The position numbers and the translations under genes were made by a program. Shown one piece after another: positions 1-11,200 of a stretch of DNA of 64,000 bases; position 1 is the first letter of the stretch; every line of letters starts with the position of its first letter. Origin of the DNA: Catajapyx aquilonaris (taxonomy: Eukaryota); contig KZ538224.1 in assembly GCA_000934665.2 (NCBI GenBank), positions 186,001 through 250,000 on the forward strand, in the 5' to 3' direction. Under the pieces are notes generated by a model. It was not told the origin of the DNA and ran no database searches. It was given only the letters and a program-made list of their open reading frames with translations.

Positions 1-174
1 CATTATTTCTGAGTGTAAGTGACGGGTGGATGAAAGAGCAGCACCTATTTACTAAGCCCCGTCGACTGGTATAGTGGTGGGTGAGGGTGGGTCGTGCCCA
101 AGAAAACGAGCGCGAATATAAACGCAAATAAAAGCCAGTCGATTTATAAACGAGCAATGCTTTTTCGAAGCTTA

Positions 175-177
175 GAA

Positions 178-208
<31 letters not shown>

Positions 209-209
209 G
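175..209. repeat. (GA)n microsatellite
   Basis: Direct reading; similar GA/TC tracts near 9450, 12965, 16210 and 20950. Confidence 0.9.
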
Positions 210-519
210 AAGCGAAAAGCGTTGGCGAAGGAAGCCGTAGAACCGTCTTTTGAAGTCAGACGTCGAATAACATTTGATAAAGCGACGGCTCACTTGCCTT
301 CCACTCCCGGAAGGAGCTCCAAATAATGGAGAGACGCAGTTCCTTAGGACGGAAGTCTGGAAAAGGCATTGTTCCCCGCCATTTCCACGCCCACGACCGA
401 TTCGCTCTTTTTTTCCTATCTTATTTTCGAGGGGGGCTAGATAGTGGGCCAAAACCATTCTCTTGCCCCCCTCTTTTCGTAAAACCTGCACCACCCCCTC
501 CTTTTGTTTAATTTTTCAG

Positions 520-665
520 GACGGGGGTCAAAAGGAGCTTCTTACTCCTTTCACTCCATCTTGACACGACTTGGGTCCGTTACACCCGATACCAAACGCA
601 GCTGGGACAATAATTCAAAGCGAACCTTAAGACAAATGAGAGAAGGCATCGTCAGTGGTAAATAA
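520..665 (+). CDS. Possible terminal coding exon of an upstream plus-strand gene
   Basis: Pyrimidine tract and TTTTTCAG acceptor ending at 519. About 48 open codons (RGSKGASYSFHSILTRLGSVTPDTKRSWDNNSKRTLRQMREGIVSGK*). The stop overlaps AATAAA at 661-670. No homology recognised. Confidence 0.3.
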
Positions 666-678
666 ATAAAGTTTATTT
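661..678. terminator. Back-to-back polyadenylation signals
   Basis: AAATAAA-G-TTTATTT palindrome (664-678). The minus-strand AATAAA lies 35 nt after the paralogue A stop. Confidence 0.6.
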
Positions 679-711
679 CTCTAATTATCATTAGCCATGC
701 CATGAGCAACA

Positions 712-2161
712 TCAAGTGTTGCACTCGTTCTTTTTCTGCTCCCTCTCTTCCCTCTTCATCTTCATAACATTTCTCATGAAACTGGGCTTCGTTCTGCCGC
801 TATTTTCCAGGAAGCTGTTATAGTGTTCGATCATATTCAGTTCGGCCAGCTTGGCGTCCCGAGTCGCCTTTACCTGGAGGTCCACTACTCTTCCCTTGGA
901 CATCGGACGAGGCGGCTCCAGCCTGGCCTTCTCTACGAACATGGGGTACCACTTCTTCACTGGATAGTAGTAATCGCCGTACAGCACGTGTCGTACCCCT
1001 AGTGGCACCGGTTCATATTCCGCCTCTTCCTGCTCCTTCTTTCTCCTTGGCTTATCCGCAAATTCTTTTTTGGCCCAGCGATTAATGTCCCTGGAAGACA
1101 CGTACTTGAAGGAAATGTACGTATGAACTTAATGAACTCTGCTGACCTTTCTCGGGGCACTTCTGTCTTCTTGGTGATTGGAAGCACTCCAAGCACCGTC
1201 GGGTCCATGTCGTACGTGGGACACTGCCTGGACTCCACGGCTATGGTGAACAGGTTGATCACTTCTCTTCGCGACATGTTGGACGGGAAGAACTCGCCGC
1301 AGAAGTCCTTAAGCCACTCGTGATAAGCAGTCGTGGCCTGACGATGGACATGCAGGCCCAATTAGCCAGAAATGCATTGATTGACCATGTTAATAACTCA
1401 CTTTGTCTACTTCTTGTGCGGCCTTTGCAGGCATGTAGGTACTGCCCGTAACTCCGTCTTCCTTTTCTGAGTCCAGACTCGCATCAGTCCCGGACATTCC
1501 AGGCTTTCTCCGCTTGTCAGAATACCTCTGCGAACCTCCACCGCCCATTTTCATCGCATTTTCCCTAATAATAAATCAAATAATTTAAAGAATTAATTTG
1601 CTGCAGTTGACCGATACATATTCAGATTACAGAGCTTACATCTCGAGGAGATCTGTGAAACTCCCTTTCTTCAGGTAAACGGTGGATGCGTTTCCAATTT
1701 CGCTGTCGTCTGACCCGGCCCGCATGCCCTCCACATCTCTTGTGGACAAGTCCCTTAGGGACAGCAACTTTCTAGATTCCATTGCCGAGTCTTTGGGCGT
1801 TGTCGAGTACAGGTCCCAGGAATCTAGGTATTCCTTCTCCATCTCATTTTGAATATCCTGGCCATGGCAGGGCACGAGAAATTAAAATAAGGCCAAACTT
1901 TAATTACTTCAATAGCCGGTTTACCTTCCTAACTTGTTCCTGGAGTATTTCGAGTAGTCTCAACTTCTCTTCCTTTTTCTTCTGTTTAGCCTGCTGCTCC
2001 TTGACCGCTGGAATGACCTGAGGGGGTTTCTTCCACGGCTTTTTATGAGGGCTTGCTGCCTCCCTTTTGCTTCCTATTTTCTTCTGATACAAATATCTTC
2101 CATTAAAAGTCGTTACGGTAGTGCGGATGACACGCCGACACTTGACGTTAGGTTCCGCCAT
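712..2161 (-). CDS. FAM47-like protein, paralogue A (5 exons, 395 aa)
   Basis: join(2161-1925,1857-1640,1564-1402,1337-1147,1090-712) = 1188 nt, open frame, all introns GT-AG (67, 75, 64, 56 nt; phases 0,2,0,2). AATAAA on the minus strand at 677-672. Motifs EVDKATTAYHEWLKDFCG..NMSRREVINLF, YGDYYYPVKKW and FLENSGRTKPSFM resemble recalled FAM47 motifs (family call not searched). Confidence 0.85.
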
Positions 2162-2376
2162 GCTTGTAAAGTTAAACGTAAAGTTAAAGTCTTAACACTT
2201 CGGACTAATTAAAAAAAAATCGACTTATTCGAATGAATATCGGTCGTCAACAAGTTCCGGATCGTTTGCTAGCAACGGAGCTCAGCCGCTCAGCTCTACC
2301 TTTGTTGTCAATTCTGGCATTGTTGCATCTGCTGAACATTAAAACGAGCAGTGAGTACTATACCACAAAAGATCGT

Positions 2377-2382
2377 TTTATT
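2377..2382 (-). terminator. Poly(A) signal of paralogue B
   Basis: AATAAA on the minus strand about 40 nt downstream of the stop at 2423. Confidence 0.6.
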
Positions 2383-2422
2383 TCACCGTATGCAACCCCG
2401 TCTGTCTTCATATCATGGGCGT

Positions 2423-4892
2423 CTAGGCATGTCTATACGTCATGTTTCTTTTTTTCGCTTCGGCAATCATGGCCCTCTGCTTTTTCCTCTCATCCATCAT
2501 CTTCTCCAGGAACCTCGGCTTGTCCCAGTCGTTCTTTTCCAGGTAATTGACGTATGTGCCCAATTGGTGCATGGCCCCCACTTTCTCCTCCAGAGCAGCC
2601 TTTTCCGCCACGTTACCCTTGAAGTACGGCCTGCTACTCGGACGCTTCGGGTCCAGCCTGGCACTCACCCTGTAGTTGTCGTACCACTTCGGAATAGGAA
2701 GGTACCACTGCCCGTAGTGGTTGTGCCGCTGCCCTGGATGAACCATGTTCGGATTGACCTCTTCCTCTTTAAGCTTTTCCAACGGCTTATCCACGAATTC
2801 ACGGTAGGCAAGGTAGTCAATGTTCCTGGAATAGCGTGAAAAATATTCGGTTACTTCTAGCTGTTGAAAGTAGCAGCTTATTCATCATCCTGTGGGGGCA
2901 AAAAATAGCAATGGGCATATAGTTATCGCCTTGTTCAGTCTTAGGACCCCTTCGCTATATTTGCCTGTACAGTACAGTATTATTTTTAGATGTTGTGTAC
3001 AGTAGGGGTAAGCTAACTTGGGGGTTTTGGGAGGTGGCTTGTGTCCTTGAAAGCCATAATTAGCCCCGCCCCCTACCGGTAGACCAATCAGGATATGGGC
3101 GTTATGTCCTAAAGCCTCAACAATGAGATGAGTTTGTTTACACTAACGCAGTTGGTAACCCAGCGGGAAGGGGGGGGGAGAATATTCCCCTACCAAACGT
3201 GCTAAATTCCATGACAAAAAACTCCGCAGGGGGCGGGACTAATTGTGGTTGCCAAGGACACAAGCTACGCCCAAAACGCTTAGGTTATCTTGTCCCTACT
3301 TTTGTAGATTGTCCCCCCCCCCCTCCCCCCCCCCTAGCGAAACCAAGTGCGAACCCACAATAGCGCAGGTCCATGATTCTGACAACAACATTGTCAGAGT
3401 TAAGCCACGTTTAGCCTACATGCGAGCGATTTGACGAGCGAAGTCTTCACCGAGCGGTAACATGGCCGCGTAATACGAGTAACCTACAGTATACATAAAA
3501 TTGTTTGAAGTGAAAGTAACAATCGATGTTCGCCTCAAACATTACTGTCTATTTGGTTTACCGCTACACCTCATTTCGCTCGGCGCTGAGATCGCTGCAC
3601 ATCGGCGATCAAATCGCTCTCCTGTAAACGAAGCTTTACTCCCCATGGGGCCACCAGTAGCCTCTGAGGTTCGTTCCAGAGCCTTGGAAGCGTCGCAAAC
3701 TTCGGCCATTTTGTTTCCCTCCCTATTGCGTAGCATTGGAAATAAGTTCAGCCCTTATTTACCAGTACACCCACAATACAGTTGATAACCTTGCAAACTG
3801 CGCGAACTGTAGTGCACACTCGGTTGCGCTTGTAAAAACATTCATCTACATTATCAAAACGAATTAATTTTCTTGTGCGCAGAGAATAACAACGACCTGT
3901 TGACCTTTTCGTGGGCACTCCCTCGTTGAATGGAAGCGATTTCATCACTTGCGGGTTCGGAATGATCGGTGCACACATGTGTGCCTCCAGGGCCATCTTG
4001 AACATGTCCGCCACGTCCTTTTGAGACATGTTGAGCGGGTAGTCCTTGCCGCAGAATTGTTCGAGCCACTGCCAGTGCTCGGTCGTGATCTGACGAAGGA
4101 CACCAACATTATAATACGCTAAGAACAGATGGTACACCCTTATACGAATCGTTACAAGCCATCATTTTTAAACGGCCCGCTTTGATATAAGTTACTGTAG
4201 TACATCGCGATGTACCAAAAAATATCGATATTCTTGGGTCACATCCTGAGCCACGCGATTGGCTGGATGATTGGCGCTCTGTAGGCAGGGATTGGTTCCT
4301 GACTGTTGCCATCCCCCCTTATTCGGACAGACAACCACATCACAGACCAACCAACTCACTTGGGCCATTTTCTCTTCGATTTGCTTCGACAGCCTTTTCT
4401 TCCGCCGTATTCGGACATCTCTGTCGTCGTCACTTGAGTCTTCGTCTTCGTCCAGACTACTCTCGTACAAGCTCTTCTCATATGCACGTTTCTGATGCTT
4501 AAGGAACTGTTTCATCTTGCTTTCTCCAACCTTGAGGGATCCTTCTGACGTGGCGCTAGAAGGACACAATAATTTTGGAACAATTACACTGCGACTCTCT
4601 AAGAATTTCTGATGATCTCACAAGGCGTATATATCTTCCGGGAAGCTCTCGTTAACGAAGGCCTTTATGGTTTTGGAGCTTGGATCAGTGGTCCTTTGAA
4701 TGCCACGGATTTTATTCGCGTTCGCGGCTCGATCGTTCAGGTCTTCCTTGACCAGCTTTAACCACTGGTCAAGGTATTCGCCTGGAGCGTCCCAGTCATT
4801 CAGGTCAGTCGTGCTCCTCGGTACGTCATGCTCCTCTTGTTCCTCCGGGTGTTCCCTCTCCAGTTCTTCCTGCAATTCCTACACCCAAGCAC

Positions 4893-4966
<74 letters not shown>

Positions 4967-5206
4967 CTCTCGGACTTTCTTCTCGAGTATACGGAACTGC
5001 CGTTCTTTTTCGGCGATGATCTTCCGTCTTTCTTCCATGGCTGTGGTCACGGGCATCTTCTGGCATGGTCTGTTCCAAGGCATGCGACCTGGTTTTATAA
5101 CATCGTACTTTTTTCGGGGTCGATTTGGTCTTTTCTGAAATGGAGCGGCATTAGTCGAGTAAGGTCCTAGGGAGAGCGTGACGTCACTTACCGATGAATC
5201 AGCCAT
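2423..5206 (-). CDS. FAM47-like protein, paralogue B (5 exons, 426 aa)
   Basis: join(5206-4967,4878-4622,4555-4360,4089-3905,2825-2423) = 1281 nt, open frame, GT-AG introns (88, 66, 270, 1079 nt; phases 0,2,0,2 as in paralogue A). AATAAA on the minus strand at 2382-2377. Motifs EKMAQITTEHWQWLEQFCG, YGQWYLPIPKW, YLEKNDWDKPRFL. Confidence 0.85.
3001..3300. mobile_element. MITE (about 300 bp) in intron 4 of paralogue B
   Basis: Imperfect terminal inverted repeats of about 72 bp (AGTAGGG...GCTTGTGTCCTTG...AATTAG.CCCGCCCCCT at 3001-3074 and its complement at about 3228-3300); no ORF. Confidence 0.75.
4894..4965. repeat. (TAA)24 microsatellite in intron 1 of paralogue B
   Basis: Perfect trinucleotide repeat. 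Confidence 0.98.
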
Positions 5207-8200
5207 GGTAGTGATATTATATTCGAGTCCCAATCGCTCTAAAAAAGTGATCTTCCTACTATTTTCCACTATAATATGCATAAAAGGTTGTTGCTATCCA
5301 ACAGGACTGTGTTGACACTAGTGGCATTACACCATTGTAGGTACAGAGTGTGAACGTTGCGGGCGTCACTTCAACGCTAGAGAGAATAACAAGTGGTGCA
5401 TGATAAGCAGGATTGAAGGCATCGGACAAAAAAAAGGCAGGGGGTATAGTGCAGGTCGAATTGGCAATGATGGAGAGTAGTTCAAGTGCACTCGATGCAG
5501 CATGCAGAGTGTGCTGAACCTCCACCCAATGCACCCTCTACACATGCGGTCAGCAGCGTTACCTGTCGGCTCCGGCCACAAAATCCGGGGCTCCTTTTTT
5601 CCCCCCCAGCATTTCATGAAGCCTTTTTCCTTTGGTCAATACGTGCGGCTGAATCCTGGAGCTACAACAACAGGTGGCCAGCACATTTTGAGGCAAATAT
5701 TCGCCGCCAAAAAATTGCACGAGCTACACTTCTAAATGTGCGTCTCCCCTGGGCTCGACTTTGTCAAGAGTTGACTTGGCCATGTGGGCAGGAAAGATAA
5801 GGCCTTGGTTTGCTCAGTGCTTTTGGGCCCGGAGCGTGCCAATGAAACGTACCCGTCTTCGCAAAACCTGCTCACATTATTTGTCAACACATCCGACCAG
5901 AGGGGGAGGAATTAAACAAGCGAGGCATTACACAGTGTGTGACACATTACAGCAGAGGCGAGAATGTAGCGCGACCCAGTTTTGAGTAATTTTTATAGGA
6001 GTCGTCGGTGCTGTAATTAACATCGGGCTAGCAAAATTTCCATAATGAAGTCTGAGAGGCAAAGGACTGAAATTTAACTGTTGGAGACGGTTTTACCCCT
6101 CGGTTCGGCATCTCTGCACAAAGCTTATGAAGTGAGCTGTCTGGAGCAGCACTTGTGGGAATAATCATGAGTAGTGGTGTGCTCTTGCTCTTTCAAGCCT
6201 CACCCACCCCCTACCCACCACAAAAACCCCATCCAGAAAAAGAAAAGGAAGAGTTTGGCTGTCGTACCTCCCGAAAGACAGGCGGAAAATTTAATCTGCA
6301 GGCTTTCCAGAGCATTCTCAACCCCACCATGAACCAGCAGAAAAAAATATAGAAGGAGGCAAGCCACGTCTTTTGGAGGCTGTAAGAGGGGGGGGGGGTG
6401 GCGGGAAGGGGGCCCAAAAAGAAGGGGCCCCAAAAATTCTTCAGGAAGCAGCAAGCGAATAATTGTTCTTCCGATTCGCTCGGAATTGCTTCCAGCGCAT
6501 GCCATTTCACGATGGAAACATTCGGACCAAAAGGCGAGGGGTTGGGGAGAAATTCGTCTTCTTCCACGTCAACTTTTGCCTGCCCGAGATTTGCATACGG
6601 ATGATGAGCAGGGAACCGACCTCTAGACACTTTTTTTTACATAAATATATTGTTATATCGCTTATCCAGGTCTTTTTTATTAAGAGGTGGCTAGACAGCT
6701 CGAATGAGTGATGAAGGTGTCCAGATGAACTCAACCTGTTGGTGCATGCGTATGATCTAGAAACACCAAGTTTAAATTACAGGTAAGTAGGGCATAATTC
6801 AGCATATTTATAGTGTTGACTGGCGTATGTGGAAGGATACAAACATATACGGTAGCCTAACAATTATGTTAGTGGGCCGTTACGAAAATGTGCAGTTATT
6901 TTGATATTCTAGGGCAGCCGGGTTATTTTTGAAATAATTATTTCATAAATGGAATTCACTTGACCTGAATTACAGTCGGTGTGAAGCTTATTCTAATAAT
7001 AGCAGAGGTAGTATTCGGGACAAATAAAAATAGTCAAAAAATGGTATAAAAAGCATGCCTTTCGCTTTGCTTCGGCAGAATATTTGCGTAGGAATTGTGA
7101 CACAGAGTTCGATTCCTTCCTTGCAAGTGGAAGAGAGAGTATTAAGCGTGGGAGGGAGAGAGGGAAGGAGGGGGGACAGAGGAATTCTCCAGTTAATTGA
7201 AACCAGTTCTTTGCCTTCCTAATCCTTGGGTTTCCCTGTAAATAAATCTGGGTAAACCGCCTCGCTTCTGACAATTCCATTACTTCTGTGCAAATTGCTC
7301 CCCTGCTCTCTTGTATCAGGCCTAGGAGCATTTCCTTCCACTTACTGCCTCCCAGCCACGAATTCCAAATGAACAGAGGTGGTAATTATCTCTCCTGCAA
7401 CCCCCCCGTTTTGTCAGGTCGCACTTGTCTGATTGATCCTTTCGCAAAATTGGTCGTTTGTATACAGCAAATGATAAAATCAAACTAAAATGAGAGTTTT
7501 TCCATCGGTGTTTGCAAATTAAACCGATTTGCTAGGATACGATTTTGAACTGGATCTCTGCTACTATATCGAAGAATTGTGATGATTGCTATTACAAGTA
7601 GCAGTGATTTTTGGCACACCGCGATACCATTTCTTATCATTTGGAAAATTACGACTCGGGGAATGCAGGACTTTTCCAGAATAAATTTGCCTGCCTTTAA
7701 AGCTAAGAAGGAAAAAAAAGTCAAGTCAGCGTCGTGTCTCCCTCATGGAAGTAACATGGTTTTGTACGCAGTCGGCAATAAATCCCCTTTCACCAGTGAT
7801 TTACGAGGATTGCCAACAGCGTTTACGGGTACCTCTAACTTTCTTAGGTCGACCGGAGCTTGGAGGGGGGGAGAAAAGCATTGACGAATTCATTACGAGC
7901 CGAGGGAAAGCCCGAGTAGATCTCTTTCATCGGGCTTTGTGGGCGTGAAATCAACGCAATTTGCTTTCATCCGTGTCGCCAAGGCAGAAGGGAATATTTG
8001 TGACACACTCCCCAGGCCTGTGGAAGGAACTATTGGATTATCTGTAAGACTCCGGGACGTAATACACTCCTGGGAAGAAAAGGAAGAGTCTGGCTTTCGA
8101 TGCGAACATCAATCCACGGTACAAGAAAAATCAGGAGTCGTAAAAACTTTTTTGTGTGTCTCCAATGGTATATCTCATTCGCACAGTTGCATTAGATAAG

Positions 8201-11200
8201 ACACAAAAAAATCCTCGCAGTACGTCAATGTTGCATCTTCTAAAACAAAGTGTCAAACAATGAGGTTTATGCTTTCATTTCACTTTGCATGTTCTGTATA
8301 GGTATTGATTTGTGTCAATTAATTAGACAATTTTTACCCGTTGAAATGTTGCTTCTCTATCGAATATTGTTGGACTTTAACCTATTTAACTGTTTAACCG
8401 AGGTTATACTATATTAGTTAAAGCATATATTACAGCAAAAAATTGGGCCGGTGGCAAAAGCCGTCCCCAGCTAGTCCCATCACGTCAGGTTGATAACAAA
8501 TTCAACATTTTACTGTTTAAAAAAGTGGGAAAAAAAGAAAATCCTGGTGCATGGTGTGTCGACAGAATGGGGGACAGGCCATGGACACACACCGAGAGGG
8601 ATAAAGTGCGGAATCAGTATTGCAAAGTGTTTGTGCCGAGTCATTAATCACCGGGTCACTTTTACAAAATTGCCGGAATCCCATCTGTCATTTTAATCCC
8701 GACGTGAAATTCACAAAACGTGATTTTCAATCGGGTTGGCGAAAAAAGTTCTGTCTAGCTGAGCGCGGATAATTTGACACGTGTGCATGAAGATAGACAG
8801 CAGGGGAAATTATAGCCAGGGTTTCACGTGATGGAACCAACACATCCGACTGTGATTTTTAGGCTCCGCGATTACAGCATTTCCATTCACACTTTGCGAA
8901 AATTTTAGTGCAAATTCTGGCGGTGTAATTAGCACCAAAAATTGGGAACAATTCAGAGATGATTGTTGTGTCATCTGCATTTCCTTCCTAACGTATCCTA
9001 ACCATCCGGTCTAAGCCTGAATTGTTATGAAACACCCTGTTGGGATCATATGGACTTGTGTTGTGGCACACCCTGTATTTTACACCGCATCAGGTAATGT
9101 TAGGAAGCTAATAGCAGCAAAGTGCTTCACGCCTCTTGGGGTTGGCTTGCTTTGTTTCACTATAAACTCAGACAGGCATTAAAATTAATGGTTAGAGCCA
9201 ACTTTTAGCAGGATTCTCATCAGGTTTCGCCAATATTTTTCTCGGTGCTAAGAATACATTGTTGTAAAACTCCGCCTCTTTTAGTCGCAATCAAATAAAC
9301 TGCAAGCGTCTATCTGAGCTTTATCGAGCGGAAGTGTCGTTAGTGGTCAACATGGATAAGGAGGAGTAGAGAGGTCAAGAAGAAAGATGCAGGACATGTG
9401 TGACCTTCCTTAACCTTTGGACCTCATCCATACAAGGTCACCATTTTTTTTCTCTCTCTCTCTCTCATAATTTTTCCGCACTCGTTTGGGGGGCCCCTTG
9501 ACACCTCCTTGAGATCTCTCTTCATTGGATCCAATCTTTGCCAGATGCTGGAGAAAAGAGATGGGGCTTAAGACTTCCCCGAGTGGGCTGCAAAGACTTG
9601 AGGTCTTTTCCGATCGATCTTAAGGATCAAAAGTTTGTTCCAATTATCTTAATTGGCACATCACCTCCGACTAATTGATTTATTTAGGAAGGAGATGATG
9701 GCTGCAGTCATTTCCGGATCTCTCCAGACCGTCATGTGAGCTGCGAGTTTTATTTTGCAAATTCGGCACATTTCAGCCAAATTTTCGCGATTTGTAATGA
9801 TAATATTTAGGGCACATGCGAATTCCACTCTGAAACGTGACAATAATTTTGCGGATAATTAAATGCATACAGTGTCCTTTATTTGGTACGAATTCCATGC
9901 ATGTTAATAATACACTCCAGCGGCCCACTCGATCTGAAAATTAGCATCGAACTGCAAATGACATGCTTTTGGCTGCAAGAACTTGTTGCAATTTTTTTTG
10001 CAAACCTCTCATCGATATGAGGTTATTACTGTCAAAGCCCTGATTTTTATGAAATTAGCTTTTGATTCCTGGGGCTACCAATCTGAAAGTAGAGCCCTGG
10101 ACATGCATGACATCGCCGCTTGTCAGGATGGGGCCAAAAAAAATACTCCGCATTTTTCTTGTCCATTCGCCAAATTGGAATTTGCAATATGTGACGTCCA
10201 ATCGATGCTGGCCATAATCGGTCAACATAATTAATCGCTGGCCTCGAACTCTCATAAATTGAAGTCTTGCAAGGTGGCAACGCCCAACTCTTGCCAAGGA
10301 GAAGACCGTTTTCTGATTGGGATTTTTAGGGTGTGCTCTTGACAACATGAGAAATGAGTAAATTCCTCTCCAGGTTATTGTAGGCTGACCTGGATTATTG
10401 GAGAGCGACGCTTCTCTTTTTTTTCCCCCGTGTTTCCAACCGACGCTTCCGACGCCAGTGTGTGTGTATAGAGTGTGCTGGGTCAATAGTTGCCTACAGC
10501 GTGGCGTGATTGTCGCCTGCATTCCCGATATAGGAGAGAGTGGGAGAGAGAAAAAAAAGTTTTTAATGACATCAATGAAAGTCTGTTTCGCTTTGTAGTG
10601 CGCAATATCAAAGCAAGCGGACTACAGAGGACGTCACGGTTTGGTAAATGCGCAAAAAATTTGCGGCCGGAATGGCGGTAGGAACAATTTAGACGAAGAA
10701 TGGCCAAAATTCATGGGGACACTGTCTAGCTGCCAGATGGTTTGAACACCGCGAAATTTTTTGCCAATTTTTGAATATTCACGAATGCTATAATATGTCC
10801 AAAAAATTGTTTTATTGCGCTCTCAATAAGATCTTATTATGCTGAAATATTTAATTTGAAAGCAGGCCTAGTTGAAAAATTGTGTATACCTGCAACAGAA
10901 AGCTGTTAGATATGGCCAAGTTTCAATGAAATGCCCTTAATTATACAGCAGCTGACGGGGGGAAAGTCTAGGTCATGTATAATGCATGACGTCATGTCGA
11001 TATATGGCATGTTTTATATCGCAAAAAGGAAATTGCTTTGAAGCATCTTAGACACTTTTCAGGTCATCGATTTCCTTTTGTGTGCTCGAAGGGGGAGGGA
11101 AAAATAGGCACAGGTTTTTAAAAGACTTCTTCATGCGATGGCCAGTATACTGTACCAACATTTAGCAAGTTAACCCAAAGTATCACCATCAAAATTCCAT

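Noticed and set aside
712..5206. Dense same-strand small ORFs suggesting an endogenous virus or operon
   Set aside because: They join through canonical GT-AG introns into two host-type paralogues with poly(A) signals; no viral hallmark genes or element termini.
4700..5281. ORFs with poly-Asn, poly-Tyr and poly-Ile runs
   Set aside because: These are translations of the intronic (TAA)24 microsatellite; only 5206-4967 and 4878-4622 are coding.
6211..6630. 139-aa minus-strand ORF
   Set aside because: Non-ATG start, poor acceptor tract, runs into homopolymers, no partner exons found.
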